Positions 1 to 9,712 of a DNA stretch of 64,000 bases are shown here, piece by piece. Every line of letters begins with the position of its first letter. Positions within the stretch are counted from its first letter, which is position 1. The position numbers and the translations under genes are program-made. Source of the stretch: an uncultured Desulfobacter sp. (lineage in GTDB: Bacteria; Desulfobacterota; Desulfobacteria; Desulfobacterales; Desulfobacteraceae); the NCBI GenBank assembly GCA_963665095.1, contig OY762069.1:6208001-6272000 (forward strand). The letters run 5' to 3'. The notes beneath the pieces were generated by a model. The model was not told the DNA's origin and did not search any database. It saw nothing but the letters and a program-made list of their open reading frames with translations.

Positions 1-2
1 GC

Positions 3-1181
3 ATGGCCGACATTGAAATCAGTTTTGACCAGGATGATGATACAGGGCTTGAGCTGGAAGAACTACCCCTTGAAATGGATGAGACAACAATTGATGATGC
101 ACCCATTGATGACCTTGAATTTGACATCGAAGAAGATGATGAAAAAGATTCGGACATAGAGCTTAAAGATGATCCTGACGCTGATCTGGTTATCGAGGAT
201 GACGGCCAGGATCTCGCTCTTGAACTGGATGGGGCTTCGGAGGATGCTTTTGGCTCTGGTATGCAGACAGCTGATCCGGAAAAACCTGACGATCAGGACG
301 GGGGCGACGATTTAAAGCTGGTGCTTGATGAAGATGATGATACGGATGCCCAAGGTCCGGATACTGATGGAAAGATTCAGGCGTCTGTCTCAGAGCAGGA
401 AAAATTCGCAGAATACGACAAAGTCCTGGAACAGGAGACCGAGCCGGATGAGGCCGGTCTGACTATCCCTGATCCTGAGGTGGAAGAAGATAATTATATG
501 CCGGCTGACCAGACTGAAGAATCTGGAGTGCCCATTGCCGCGGCCAGTATCGCTGAGGAAAGAAAGCCGCTAATCCCACCGCCCACGGCCCAGAGTGTTC
601 GCCAGAAACGCAGGGCAAGAAAGAAAGGTTTAAGTCTGCCTGTAAAAATTCTGCTTGTCCTGCTTGTGCTTATTATGGCTGCGTATGTGGCAATTATCCG
701 TCTTGGCCTGAACATTCCGGTGGTATCTGATATTCAGATTCCTTTTATTACTGAGGCGATCCAGCCCAAAAAGGTATCACAGGCGCCTTTGAAGCCTGTA
801 CCCAATGAAACAAGCATTAACGGCAGATTTATATCCAATAAAAGTGCCGGAGAGTTGTTTATTGTCACAGGCCGGATTGAAAATCCATCAAACAAAGCAG
901 TCAGCTATATTCAGGTCAAAGGGACCCTGCTGACAAAAGGCAACAAGCCAGCCGGAACCCAGGCGGCCTATTGCGGAAATATTATTTCCGAAGATGCTTT
1001 GAAGACAATGAACATCTCTGATATCACCAAACAGATGGGCGTAAGGGAGGGAACCCAGAACACTAACGTTAACATCAAGCCGGGTGGATCAGTCATGTTT
1101 ATGCTGGTTTTTTCAAACCTGCCCGAGAACCTGACTAACTTCACAGTGTCTGTTCAGGGATTTGAACCAGCTAAAAAATAA
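3..1181 (+). CDS. DUF3426-type membrane protein (acidic linker, one TM helix, C-terminal beta domain); probably 5'-truncated by the window edge
   Basis: Long D/E-rich low-complexity region, basic patch, TM segment (ILLVLLVLIMAAYVAII), C-terminal LFIVTGRIEN...IKPGGSVMFMLVF typical of DUF3426. Confidence 0.7.
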   Translation: MADIEISFDQDDDTGLELEELPLEMDETTIDDAPIDDLEFDIEEDDEKDSDIELKDDPDADLVIEDDGQDLALELDGASEDAFGSGMQTADPEKPDDQDGGDDLKLVLDEDDDTDAQGPDTDGKIQASVSEQEKFAEYDKVLEQETEPDEAGLTIPDPEVEEDNYMPADQTEESGVPIAAASIAEERKPLIPPPTAQSVRQKRRARKKGLSLPVKILLVLLVLIMAAYVAIIRLGLNIPVVSDIQIPFITEAIQPKKVSQAPLKPVPNETSINGRFISNKSAGELFIVTGRIENPSNKAVSYIQVKGTLLTKGNKPAGTQAAYCGNIISEDALKTMNISDITKQMGVREGTQNTNVNIKPGGSVMFMLVFSNLPENLTNFTVSVQGFEPAKK

Positions 1182-1188
1182 ATTTTAT

Positions 1189-1216
1189 TTGACACAGGCC
1201 TCACCCCTGTGATATT
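1189..1216 (+). promoter_or_regulatory. Putative sigma70 promoter of tRNA-Met
   Basis: TTGACA (1189-1194), 16-nt spacer, TG-n-GATATT, 15 nt upstream of the tRNA. Confidence 0.5.
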
Positions 1217-1231
1217 AATCCCAGGTTTTTT

Positions 1232-1308
1232 GGCGACGTAGCTCAGATGGTCAGAGCATGCGGCTCATATCCGCAGTGTCCGGGGTTCAATTCCCTGCGT
1301 CGCTACCA
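1232..1308 (+). tRNA. tRNA-Met (CAT), elongator type
   Basis: Cloverleaf: acceptor GGCGACG/CGTCGCT, D arm GCTC..GAGC, anticodon stem TGCGG-CTCATAT-CCGCA, T loop TTCAATT, encoded CCA; lacks initiator features (no C1 mismatch, no GGG/CCC anticodon stem). Confidence 0.95.
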
Positions 1309-1320
1309 GAATTTACAATG

Positions 1321-1346
1321 GCCCCTGTTCTTTCAGGGGCTTTTTT
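1321..1346 (+). terminator. Rho-independent terminator after tRNA-Met
   Basis: GCCCCTG-ttcttt-CAGGGGC followed by TTTTTT. Confidence 0.85.
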
Positions 1347-1379
1347 GTTCCTATAGGTCTTCAAATTAAGGTTTTCAAA

Positions 1380-1994
1380 TTAGATGGATAATATCGCCCA
1401 GAGCCCAAAAATGATCAGGATAATGCCGGTCAGGCTGTTTATCTTATTTTGAAAATTTAAGGAAAGATGACGTTTCAGCAGCGCTGTTCCTGCAGAAAGG
1501 GTTACCCACCAAAGGGCAGACCCTGAAAATACGCCTGCTACCAGAGTTGCTGCCTGGGTATATCCGTTGTTTTCAGTTCCGATGCCAAGACCGGCAAATA
1601 TTCCCATGAAGGCCATGATGGTCATGGGATTGGTTAACGTCAGAAACAGCGTGGAAACATAAGACAGATAATAGCCTTTGAATTCATGATTCCGGCTGTT
1701 AAGGTCTGCGTTCTTTTTTTTCAATGTCTGACAGCCCAGAAACACTAGAAAAATTCCACCGATAATATGAAATTCTGTTTTCATATTCAGCAGCAGCCCT
1801 GTGATAAAGGTCAGGCCGAATCCTGCGACAAACCCGTAACATGCATCAGCCGTGGCCGCACCCAATCCGGTTGCCAACCCTGCCATGGGGCCGTGGGCCA
1901 GAGTCCTTTTAATGCATAAAAGTCCGATGGGGCCTACGGGGGCGGCAATGGAAAAGCCGATGATAATGCCTTTGAGCAGGTATTTAATTTCCAT
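1380..1994 (-). CDS. LysE/RhtB family amino-acid exporter
   Basis: GFSIAAPVGPIGLLCI and LTLTNPMTI motifs, hydrophobic ~205 aa; start at MEIKY (1994) or 2003. Confidence 0.9.
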   Translation of the reverse strand: MEIKYLLKGIIIGFSIAAPVGPIGLLCIKRTLAHGPMAGLATGLGAATADACYGFVAGFGLTFITGLLLNMKTEFHIIGGIFLVFLGCQTLKKKNADLNSRNHEFKGYYLSYVSTLFLTLTNPMTIMAFMGIFAGLGIGTENNGYTQAATLVAGVFSGSALWWVTLSAGTALLKRHLSLNFQNKINSLTGIILIIFGLWAILSI

Positions 1995-2111
1995 GTGGAT
2001 CATCCTTGTGATATTGTTTCAGCTTATGTTACAGGACATGTGCCCGGGAAATACATGGGCATTTCATTGTTTTTTAAACGCTCAACTTATTTTTTTAAAG
2101 AAAGGCAGGGT

Positions 2112-2579
2112 GTGGACAATAAATTTGAAACCCTGATGGATAATCTTGGGAAAAATATTGTCAAAGAGCTGGAAAAAAATGCCCGGATCAGTTTCAGTGA
2201 ACTGGGCCGAAAGGTGGGGCTGTCCAGCCCGGCCGTTGCAGAGCGGATTCGGAAAATGGAAGAAGCCGGTATTATCAGAGGATACCGGGCCGTTATTGAT
2301 GTGGAAGGGGACAGCCCAAAAATCCTGGCGTTTATCTCCATGACTACCCTTGCCCAACACTATAAAAAAATTCGACAAATCCTTGGAGACCATCCTGGTA
2401 CCCTGGAATGCCACCACTTGAGTGGGGAAGAGTCGCTGATGATCAAAGTGTGCGTGAAGAATATACACGAACTGGATGGCCTGGTTGAGATGTTGGGTGC
2501 CTATGGTAAAACCCGGACCTCCATTGTTTTATCTTCCTTTGTGGATAGACCCGATGCCATATTTACCCACGGCAGGTAG
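2112..2579 (+). CDS. Lrp/AsnC family transcriptional regulator, divergent from the LysE exporter
   Basis: NARISFSELGRKVGLSSPAVAERIRKMEEAGIIRGY HTH plus C-terminal RAM domain; start GTG 2112 or ATG 2136. Confidence 0.92.
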   Translation: MDNKFETLMDNLGKNIVKELEKNARISFSELGRKVGLSSPAVAERIRKMEEAGIIRGYRAVIDVEGDSPKILAFISMTTLAQHYKKIRQILGDHPGTLECHHLSGEESLMIKVCVKNIHELDGLVEMLGAYGKTRTSIVLSSFVDRPDAIFTHGR

Positions 2580-2673
2580 ATTCCCTGCCATTTGTAATCT
2601 TGGGTAATGATTCCAGCACTCGGATATGGATCAGATATAAGAAAAAACGCAAAAAATTTAAGGACGCTGTCAT

Positions 2674-3750
2674 ATGTCAGAAAATTTGATGATTCTTGCC
2701 GGAAAAACCGCTTTCAAACATATAAAGGAAAACGGACTTGCTCCGGATGATATTGACGCCATGCTCGGGGCGTCAGGTGCAGCCAAATGGCTCTCCATTT
2801 ATGGGCTTGACGCAACTATTTTTTCCCGCTGGTTTTCCGGGCGTCGTCGTCCGCTTCATTTGCTGGGAACCTCCATCGGGGCCTGGAAATTTGCCGCAGC
2901 CGCCCAGAATGACTGCCTTAGAGCTTTTGATCGTCTCAAACGGGCCTATACCCACCAGCATTACAAAGGCAATGTTTCAGCCGCCCAGGTATCACAGGAG
3001 ACCCGGAGAATTATGGACGAGTTTCTTACCCCCAGAGCTGTGGACGAGATTTTACGCCATCCCTGGCTGCGCATCGGGTTTTCAGCTGTCAGGTGCAAAG
3101 GATTTATGGCTTCGGATGCCACTTCTGTCCAGTGTTTGGGTATCGGGATTGCCTATTCTTTGAATGCCATGGCAAGAAGTCTTCAGGGATTGTGTTTTGA
3201 ACGTATTTTTTTTCATGACCCCAGATATGATACCGGCGTGTGGGAAACCGGAGATTTTCCTACCACGCGGATTCCCCTTGACCGGAAAAATTTTACCAAA
3301 GCCCTGCTGGCCTCCGGATCCATTCCTGTAGTCATGAAAGGGGTGCATCAGATCCCGGGTATGGCTGACGGCACCTTTCGGGACGGGGGGCTTCTGGATT
3401 ATCACCCAGCCTTTTCCCTGGGGCCGGATCAGAACGGGTTTGTCCTCTATCCTCATTTTTACCCGTCACTCACCCTTGGGTGGTTTGATAAAAATATTCC
3501 CGGCCGGAAAGCCAGGGGCAGGATTGTGGACCGGATCATTCTTCTTGCGCCTTCACCGGAACTTGTGTCAGCACTGCCCCTTGGACGAATTCCGGATCGC
3601 CGGGATTTTATCACTTTGATGGGGCGGGATGGCGAAAGGATTTTAGCCTGGAACAAAGCTGCAGATATGTGCCGGGTTCTGGGTGACGAATTTATGGACG
3701 CCGTGGAAAGCGGCCGCATCAGAAATAAGGTCCGGCAATTACCGGATTAA
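2674..3750 (+). CDS. Patatin-like phospholipase family protein
   Basis: GASGAAK glycine-rich loop, GTSIG nucleophile elbow, LASGSIP, DGG motif. Confidence 0.85.
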   Translation: MSENLMILAGKTAFKHIKENGLAPDDIDAMLGASGAAKWLSIYGLDATIFSRWFSGRRRPLHLLGTSIGAWKFAAAAQNDCLRAFDRLKRAYTHQHYKGNVSAAQVSQETRRIMDEFLTPRAVDEILRHPWLRIGFSAVRCKGFMASDATSVQCLGIGIAYSLNAMARSLQGLCFERIFFHDPRYDTGVWETGDFPTTRIPLDRKNFTKALLASGSIPVVMKGVHQIPGMADGTFRDGGLLDYHPAFSLGPDQNGFVLYPHFYPSLTLGWFDKNIPGRKARGRIVDRIILLAPSPELVSALPLGRIPDRRDFITLMGRDGERILAWNKAADMCRVLGDEFMDAVESGRIRNKVRQLPD

Positions 3751-4649
3751 GCGCTTTCTGCTTTATTTGCCTTTAATATGATCAGAATTTCGTCAATTTT
3801 TTCCTGGGCATTTTGGGCATCAAGGGTACATCCACCGGCCCCAAAATGGCCGCCGCCACCAAAACAGGCCAGCATGGCACCTACATTTACCTTGCACTGG
3901 GGATTGAAGATGCTGTGCCCCACACTGACCAGCACCTGTTTTTTATCAGGCCCGGCATATCGGATTTTCACACTGGCCATGGAGTCAGGAAACAGGGAAT
4001 AGGTCAGAAAACGGTTGCCGGACGGCACTTTTTCAAGGGATCTGAAATCGGTCACGGAGATATGTTCCACGACGGTGGTGAAATCCTGCAAATATTCCCT
4101 GAACGCCTCGTTTTCCCTGACCACTTCCCTGCAGCGACGCGCCACATCCGGATCTTTTAATATGGTGTCAATACTGTGGGCCCGCAGCATCTCCACCAGG
4201 CTGTTCCAGTAAGGGATATCTTTGAAGCCATTGTTTTTAATGGTCATGGATAAGAGCAGATAGGGATAATCTTCCGGAGCCCGCACCTGTTCTTTTGTCA
4301 GATCAGCCGAATCAATCATGTCCGTCTGTGCCACCAGTTCGTCAAACCTTTTATCCAGAAGGTTTTTGGACTGATAATACCCATAAATAACCCCTGCTGC
4401 AGAGGGCGCAACAGCAAAGGCACCGGGAACATCCTTATCCGGTTTATTGGAAATATGATGGTCAAACCATAGATGGGCATTGGCATGCCAGGGCAGGTTG
4501 GCCAGAATATCTCCGGTTTGAATGTCAGCCGTGCCGGACTGAATTGCATTGGGCTCTGTCCAGTATATATCCAGCAAAGGTGCCACGGCTTCCCGCAAAA
4601 GCGCGGCACAGACAATACCGTCAAAATCGGGCCGGGTAACAATTCTCAT
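3747..4649 (-). CDS. DHH/DHHA1 phosphoesterase (exopolyphosphatase-related / nanoRNase-like)
   Basis: DFDG motif, DHH, C-terminal GGGGHFGAGG. Confidence 0.85.
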   Translation of the reverse strand: MRIVTRPDFDGIVCAALLREAVAPLLDIYWTEPNAIQSGTADIQTGDILANLPWHANAHLWFDHHISNKPDKDVPGAFAVAPSAAGVIYGYYQSKNLLDKRFDELVAQTDMIDSADLTKEQVRAPEDYPYLLLSMTIKNNGFKDIPYWNSLVEMLRAHSIDTILKDPDVARRCREVVRENEAFREYLQDFTTVVEHISVTDFRSLEKVPSGNRFLTYSLFPDSMASVKIRYAGPDKKQVLVSVGHSIFNPQCKVNVGAMLACFGGGGHFGAGGCTLDAQNAQEKIDEILIILKANKAESA

Positions 4650-4741
4650 GATGTTGTCCTCTTTATAATGATATTTCTGTGTTTTTTTTTGGTTTTTGAT
4701 TAAAGGCGATTTTCGTATTTATATTATGCATGTCCTGGTGT

Positions 4742-5572
4742 TTATTTCAACCGGCCGGCAACATGTGTAACTATCCGGTTCATTTTTTCTGCTGCCTGTT
4801 GAGCTGTTTCCACCACTGCTTCCAGGGTTGTTTCCTTAGGGGCATCCGGATCATTGATATTGGTGATCAGGGAGAGTCCCAGGATTTTCATGCCGGCCTG
4901 GACGCCTGCAATGGCCTCCATTACGGTTGAGAAACCCACTGCATCTGCACCAATTATTTTTAAGAATCGGGTTTCAGCACAGGTTTCGAGGCTTGGCCCC
5001 AATAGCCCGGCATAGACGCCGCTGTGCAAAAGGATCCCTTCCTGATCGGCTGCAGACAGGGCCATTTGCCCAAGATGGGTATCATACACACCGGTCATAT
5101 CCGGAAACCGGATACCCCATGCCGGTTCATGGGGGCCGGCAAGGGGATTCTGGCCGGTGAGGTTGATATGGTCCTGGATCAGCATGAGATCTCCGGCATT
5201 GAAATTCAGGTTGATGCCGCCAGCCGCATTGGTGAGAATGAGCACCGGCACCCCGAGCGACTGAAGCAGCCTGACAGGAAAAGTGACCACTTCAGGGGAA
5301 TACCCCTCATAAAGATGGATCCGGCCCTGAAAAACAGCGATTTCCTTACCGTTCAGTGTGCCCAGGGTGAGACATCCCCTGTGGCTGTCCACGGTTGCCG
5401 CAGGAAAGTGGGGCAGGTCCGTATAAGGGAAGATCTGGCGGACCTTGAGTGCCGTTAAGGTATCAGAAAGGCCGGTCCCGGTAATCATTCCCATGACAGG
5501 CGGTTTCTGCATCCCTTGTTTGATAAATTGTGCACACGCCCTGACGTTGCTGAAAAATTCTGTCATCGGCAA
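4742..5572 (-). CDS. punA: Purine-nucleoside phosphorylase (trimeric PNP-I type)
   Basis: GTGL, FQGRIHLYEGY, LTNAAGG, DHINL, RFPDM, GPSLET, GADAVGFSTV motifs. Confidence 0.88.
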   Translation of the reverse strand: MPMTEFFSNVRACAQFIKQGMQKPPVMGMITGTGLSDTLTALKVRQIFPYTDLPHFPAATVDSHRGCLTLGTLNGKEIAVFQGRIHLYEGYSPEVVTFPVRLLQSLGVPVLILTNAAGGINLNFNAGDLMLIQDHINLTGQNPLAGPHEPAWGIRFPDMTGVYDTHLGQMALSAADQEGILLHSGVYAGLLGPSLETCAETRFLKIIGADAVGFSTVMEAIAGVQAGMKILGLSLITNINDPDAPKETTLEAVVETAQQAAEKMNRIVTHVAGRLK

Positions 5573-5573
5573 C

Positions 5574-6233
5574 TTATCCCTGAGCCCCTGAACCAGGGAT
5601 GGTTACATGCTGTTTCATCACCCAGCCATAGGTATTGTCCGGCAGATGAACATAATACCAGTCAGGGGCACTGCCCTGGACAATCAGTATATTGCCCATA
5701 TATGTCTGGGTCAGAATTGAATGGCTCAGGCCCGGGCCGGATCTTACATTAAGGATTTTTGCGGTGACCACCACCTGGGTGCCGGAAGCGGCTGTTTCCA
5801 CAGGTGCTGCGATTGTTGTTGCCGGGGGTGTCTGCACAATGGTGGTCGTCTGGGTAGGCGTTTCAACCACCTGGTAACCCGACGGCACTCTTTTGTAAAA
5901 AATGTTGTCAAACATGTAATAGGTCATGCCGGCGATCAGCATGGTGGTGGCTGCGGACGGCAGGCTGTATGTAACGATTCCCACAGGAGGGGGTACCATA
6001 AAGTAGCCGCCCCTGCCATGACGGTAGCAGTGGCCCCTGTGGAAAAAGTACTCCCTGTCCTTGTGCCGGACCAGGTGGCCCCCCGGGGGAACATGTTGGA
6101 ATGCCGGATTATTCCCTGGCCCGGGGCCGGGTTGTGGTGGCGGGCCGGCCAGGGCTGCCGCCGGCAGCACCACAGTCAAAGAAAAACAGATAAGAATAAC
6201 CAGGATTATGGCGTTTAAGCATTGGGTTTTCAT
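5574..6233 (-). CDS. Exported protein with aromatic/Pro-rich N-terminal domain and C-terminal SH3b domain
   Basis: Signal peptide, Y/G/P-rich segment, T/A/P linker, LNVRSGPG...WYYV...GWV SH3b signature. Confidence 0.75.
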   Translation of the reverse strand: MKTQCLNAIILVILICFSLTVVLPAAALAGPPPQPGPGPGNNPAFQHVPPGGHLVRHKDREYFFHRGHCYRHGRGGYFMVPPPVGIVTYSLPSAATTMLIAGMTYYMFDNIFYKRVPSGYQVVETPTQTTTIVQTPPATTIAAPVETAASGTQVVVTAKILNVRSGPGLSHSILTQTYMGNILIVQGSAPDWYYVHLPDNTYGWVMKQHVTIPGSGAQG

Positions 6234-6496
6234 TTTATCCTCCTCAATGGGTTAAGCCTTGCTTCTAATCTTTATATTGTACTCCTCATGGCGGGTATAA
6301 GGCAAGGAGCATACCATAAATGCCCTTGCAAAATGCCCAACATAATTTTATGGTAATGTATTATCTTACGGGCCGTGCAGTTGAAACTGGGCCCTAAGAT
6401 CCACCCTTACGAAGAGGTCTTGTGAAGAAGACGAGCCTCGACTCTGGCAGAACACAGGAAAATTAGGCAAAATTACAATAAAAGGCCGACGCGACA

Positions 6497-8632
6497 TTGT
6501 TTGACCGATTTTTTTACATACTGGCATGGCTGGAAAGAAGGCCTATTTTTATCGTGGTTCAGCGCAGCCTTTTTATTGTTTTGCCGCTTATTCTGGTGGG
6601 GGCTTTTGCCCTGTCTCTCCGGCATTTCCCCTCCACGGTTTTCACAGCCTTTCTTGACCACGTGTTTGGGGCGGAATGGACTGGCTTTCTGGACGGGTTG
6701 GTTTCCGGGACTTTCGGAATTGTCTCCCTGGCAGTCGTGTGCACCTTCAGCGGCTCCATGGCCCGGATCATGAACCAGACAAAATCCGGCGCATCTGTCT
6801 CTCCTATTATGGCAATCGTGGTGGTCCTTTCCTGCTTTTTTGTGATCTGTGCGCCATGGGACAACAACTCCTGGGATGTTGTGTTTTCCAATGGCAGAGG
6901 GCTTCTGCCCTCCCTTTTAATTGCTGTTACCGGGTGTCTGCTTTTCCTGTATCTGGCCCGGCTGAGATTTTTACAATGGTCCATGGGCGCGGTGGGGCAT
7001 GATCCTGCTGTCCGGGATATTCTAACCGTATTTCCGGCTGCAGCGGCCACCATTATCATTGCCGCCCTGTTTCGTCAGACCATTGAGTGCTTAGGGGTTA
7101 CGGATTTTCATGCCTATGTGTGTGATGTCGCGTTTAAGCCCTTTTCCAACACGGGAAATAACCTTGGGTTCAGCCTGAGCTATACGGCGATATCTCAAAT
7201 TTTCTGGATATTGGGCGCCCATGGTCCCAATCTGTTATTCGGTGTTGAAGAAAATATTCTGGTGCCGGCCGTCTATGCCAATCAGGCTGCCATTGCCCAG
7301 GGCCTGCAGCCTTCGCTTGTGTTCACCAAACCTTTTTTTGATCTGTATACCCGGATCGGAGGGTCCGGTTCCACCATCTGCCTGATTATGGCGCTGCTGA
7401 TTCGAAGTCGCAACCAGGGGGTCCGGAAGCTGTGCCTGTTTGCCATGATACCGGCACTGTGCAATGTTAATGAACCCCTGCTATACGGCATACCCCTGGT
7501 GTTGAACCCAATATATGTTATCCCCTTTATTGTGACGCCCCTGCTGCAAACCGTCACTGCATACATTGCAACCATCACCGGGCTTGTACCCTACACCTCT
7601 GATACGGTTTTCTGGACAACCCCGGTCCTCATCAGCGGCTTTGTTTCAACCGGCAGCATCAGTGGCCCTGTGCTGCAGATTGTCAATGTGCTTATGGGCA
7701 TTGCATGTTACATTCCCTTTGTTCAGCTGGCAGACAAGTTAAGAGAGCGCAGTGGAGAATTCATGCTTGAAAATCTGAAAGCAGCTGCCGTGAACATGGG
7801 ATTTAAATCAAAAGGCATATCAATCCTTGATATTCCGGGAGAGACCGGCCGCTTTGCCAAAGCCCTGGCAGGCGATCTTTCGGCCGCCATGAAAAAAGGC
7901 CGGCAGCTCTACCTGGTGTACCAGCCCCAGGTATCTGAAGGCGGCCGCCATCTTTCCGGTGTTGAAGCACTTTTGCGATGGAAACATCCCGTATACGGCA
8001 ATGTATCCCCGGAAATAATTGTCACCATTGCTGAAGAGATCGGTGCCGTGGACAGACTTGGGCTTCTGGTAATGGACAGGGCATGCCGGCAGCGGGCTGC
8101 CTGGAAAAACATCGTCCGGGAGGCCTTTACCATGTCTGTCAATGTCCTTCCCCGTCAGTTAACGGACTTAAGTTTCAGTCCGAGGGTTTTTGACATTCTG
8201 CAGGCCAACGGCCTGACCCCGGATATGATAGAAATTGAAATCACGGAATCCAGCGTACTGGAGCCTGACGAAAATACGCTTAAATCCATGGAGATTCTCC
8301 ATAAAGAGGGCATCCGGATCGCCATTGATGATTTTGGCATGGGGCACTCTTCCCTGCATTATCTACGATCATTTCCCATCTCCACCATAAAAATTGACCG
8401 CTCCCTGACTCTGGGCGACAAACGGCATGTCAACAGGCAGATTGTAAAAAGTGTGCTTGAACTGAGCCGGACACTTAACATCGAAACCATTGTTGAAGGG
8501 GTTGAAACCATAGAACAGCTGAACCGGTTCAGGGATATCGGATATATGACCTTCCAGGGAAACCTTTTCAGCCGGCCTTTGACAGGAGAATGCTGTACGG
8601 CTTTTATCCTTGAGTTTAGCAGGAATAATTGA
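6497..8632 (+). CDS. PTS EIIC (cellobiose/chitobiose family) fused to EAL c-di-GMP phosphodiesterase
   Basis: FWILGAHG, IGGSG, NVNEPLLYGIPLVLNP, WTTP EIIC motifs; EAL, SVN, EITE, DDFGMG, KIDRS, EGVET, QG motifs. Confidence 0.92.
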   Translation: MFDRFFYILAWLERRPIFIVVQRSLFIVLPLILVGAFALSLRHFPSTVFTAFLDHVFGAEWTGFLDGLVSGTFGIVSLAVVCTFSGSMARIMNQTKSGASVSPIMAIVVVLSCFFVICAPWDNNSWDVVFSNGRGLLPSLLIAVTGCLLFLYLARLRFLQWSMGAVGHDPAVRDILTVFPAAAATIIIAALFRQTIECLGVTDFHAYVCDVAFKPFSNTGNNLGFSLSYTAISQIFWILGAHGPNLLFGVEENILVPAVYANQAAIAQGLQPSLVFTKPFFDLYTRIGGSGSTICLIMALLIRSRNQGVRKLCLFAMIPALCNVNEPLLYGIPLVLNPIYVIPFIVTPLLQTVTAYIATITGLVPYTSDTVFWTTPVLISGFVSTGSISGPVLQIVNVLMGIACYIPFVQLADKLRERSGEFMLENLKAAAVNMGFKSKGISILDIPGETGRFAKALAGDLSAAMKKGRQLYLVYQPQVSEGGRHLSGVEALLRWKHPVYGNVSPEIIVTIAEEIGAVDRLGLLVMDRACRQRAAWKNIVREAFTMSVNVLPRQLTDLSFSPRVFDILQANGLTPDMIEIEITESSVLEPDENTLKSMEILHKEGIRIAIDDFGMGHSSLHYLRSFPISTIKIDRSLTLGDKRHVNRQIVKSVLELSRTLNIETIVEGVETIEQLNRFRDIGYMTFQGNLFSRPLTGECCTAFILEFSRNN

Positions 8633-8729
8633 AATCCGGCCATTGTTTCAAGTAGGCCTTTCCATAACATGAATCCTTCCCCCGTTCAAAAAATTCTCAG
8701 AAAAGGGGTTTGTAGGGACTCCTGCCGGG

Positions 8730-9629
8730 CTAAGACCGCTGGAGAGGGGCGGGGTGTTTGAATTCCCGGTATTTCTGGATCCCGATTCCGGCAAGAATAA
8801 GAAAGAGGCCGCCCCATGTCCGGGCGGCAATATCTTCTCCAAGCACGAAATGGATAAATATCATTGATATAAAAGGCGTTAAGAAAACCAGATTGGCCAC
8901 CTGACCTGTGTTTCCTGACAGTTTCAGGGCTGTGATCCAGGCAATGAAGGCAAACCCGAATTCAAAACATCCAATCCAGGCCGCCCATAAAAGCCCTCTG
9001 GCATCTGCCACAGAAACCGAGGAGAAAATTAGGCAGAAGAGAAGGGCAAGGGGAATACTGAAAAGAAAATTTAAAAAGATTGCCACCACCGGATCCTGAC
9101 GGGATCTGATGTTAAAAATCCAGTAAAGTGCCCAGATCAGGGTACAGCCAACGGCAAGAAATACCCCAAAGTAATTTACAGGCTCCCCTGCGCCTCTATT
9201 CACCTGCATGGATATAAAGACCACACCGGCATAGCTGATAAGGGTGGCCATCATTTGTACCTTTCCCAGCCGCTGTTTGAGCAGGGGAACGGATAAAAGG
9301 GACAGGGTGATGATCCAGGTGTAGTTGATGGGCTGGACAATCTGTGCCGGCAGCAGGTCGTAAGCCTTGATCACCATCCAGTAATACAAAAGCGGGTTCA
9401 TGCAGCCCAGCCCTAAGTAGAATCCATATTCTTTGGGCGTCAGCTTGAAGGCATTGACGAACTTCCCGTTTATCTGTAAAAATCCGGCAAAAATTACCGT
9501 GGATGTGATGATGGCGTAGAAAAGTACCTGGAATACATCCAGATAACGCAATGCAAGCTTAAAGGCTGTTGCTGACGTAGACCAGCACAGGACAGTGACC
9601 AGACCCAGAATATACTCTTTTTTCATCAT
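8730..9629 (-). CDS. DMT/EamA family transporter
   Basis: About 10 TM segments in two EamA-like repeats, ending HFVLGE. Confidence 0.85.
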   Translation of the reverse strand: MMKKEYILGLVTVLCWSTSATAFKLALRYLDVFQVLFYAIITSTVIFAGFLQINGKFVNAFKLTPKEYGFYLGLGCMNPLLYYWMVIKAYDLLPAQIVQPINYTWIITLSLLSVPLLKQRLGKVQMMATLISYAGVVFISMQVNRGAGEPVNYFGVFLAVGCTLIWALYWIFNIRSRQDPVVAIFLNFLFSIPLALLFCLIFSSVSVADARGLLWAAWIGCFEFGFAFIAWITALKLSGNTGQVANLVFLTPFISMIFIHFVLGEDIAARTWGGLFLILAGIGIQKYREFKHPAPLQRS

Positions 9630-9712
9630 CCGGCTTTTTTATCTGAAAACGCCGGAAAAGTCATCCGGATTTACCATCGGGATATAATTTGCAGAATGCG
9701 TCCCCCGGGCTT

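Noticed and set aside
1232..2600. Genomic island integrated at tRNA-Met
   Set aside because: No integrase and no duplicated tRNA 3' end was seen in the window.
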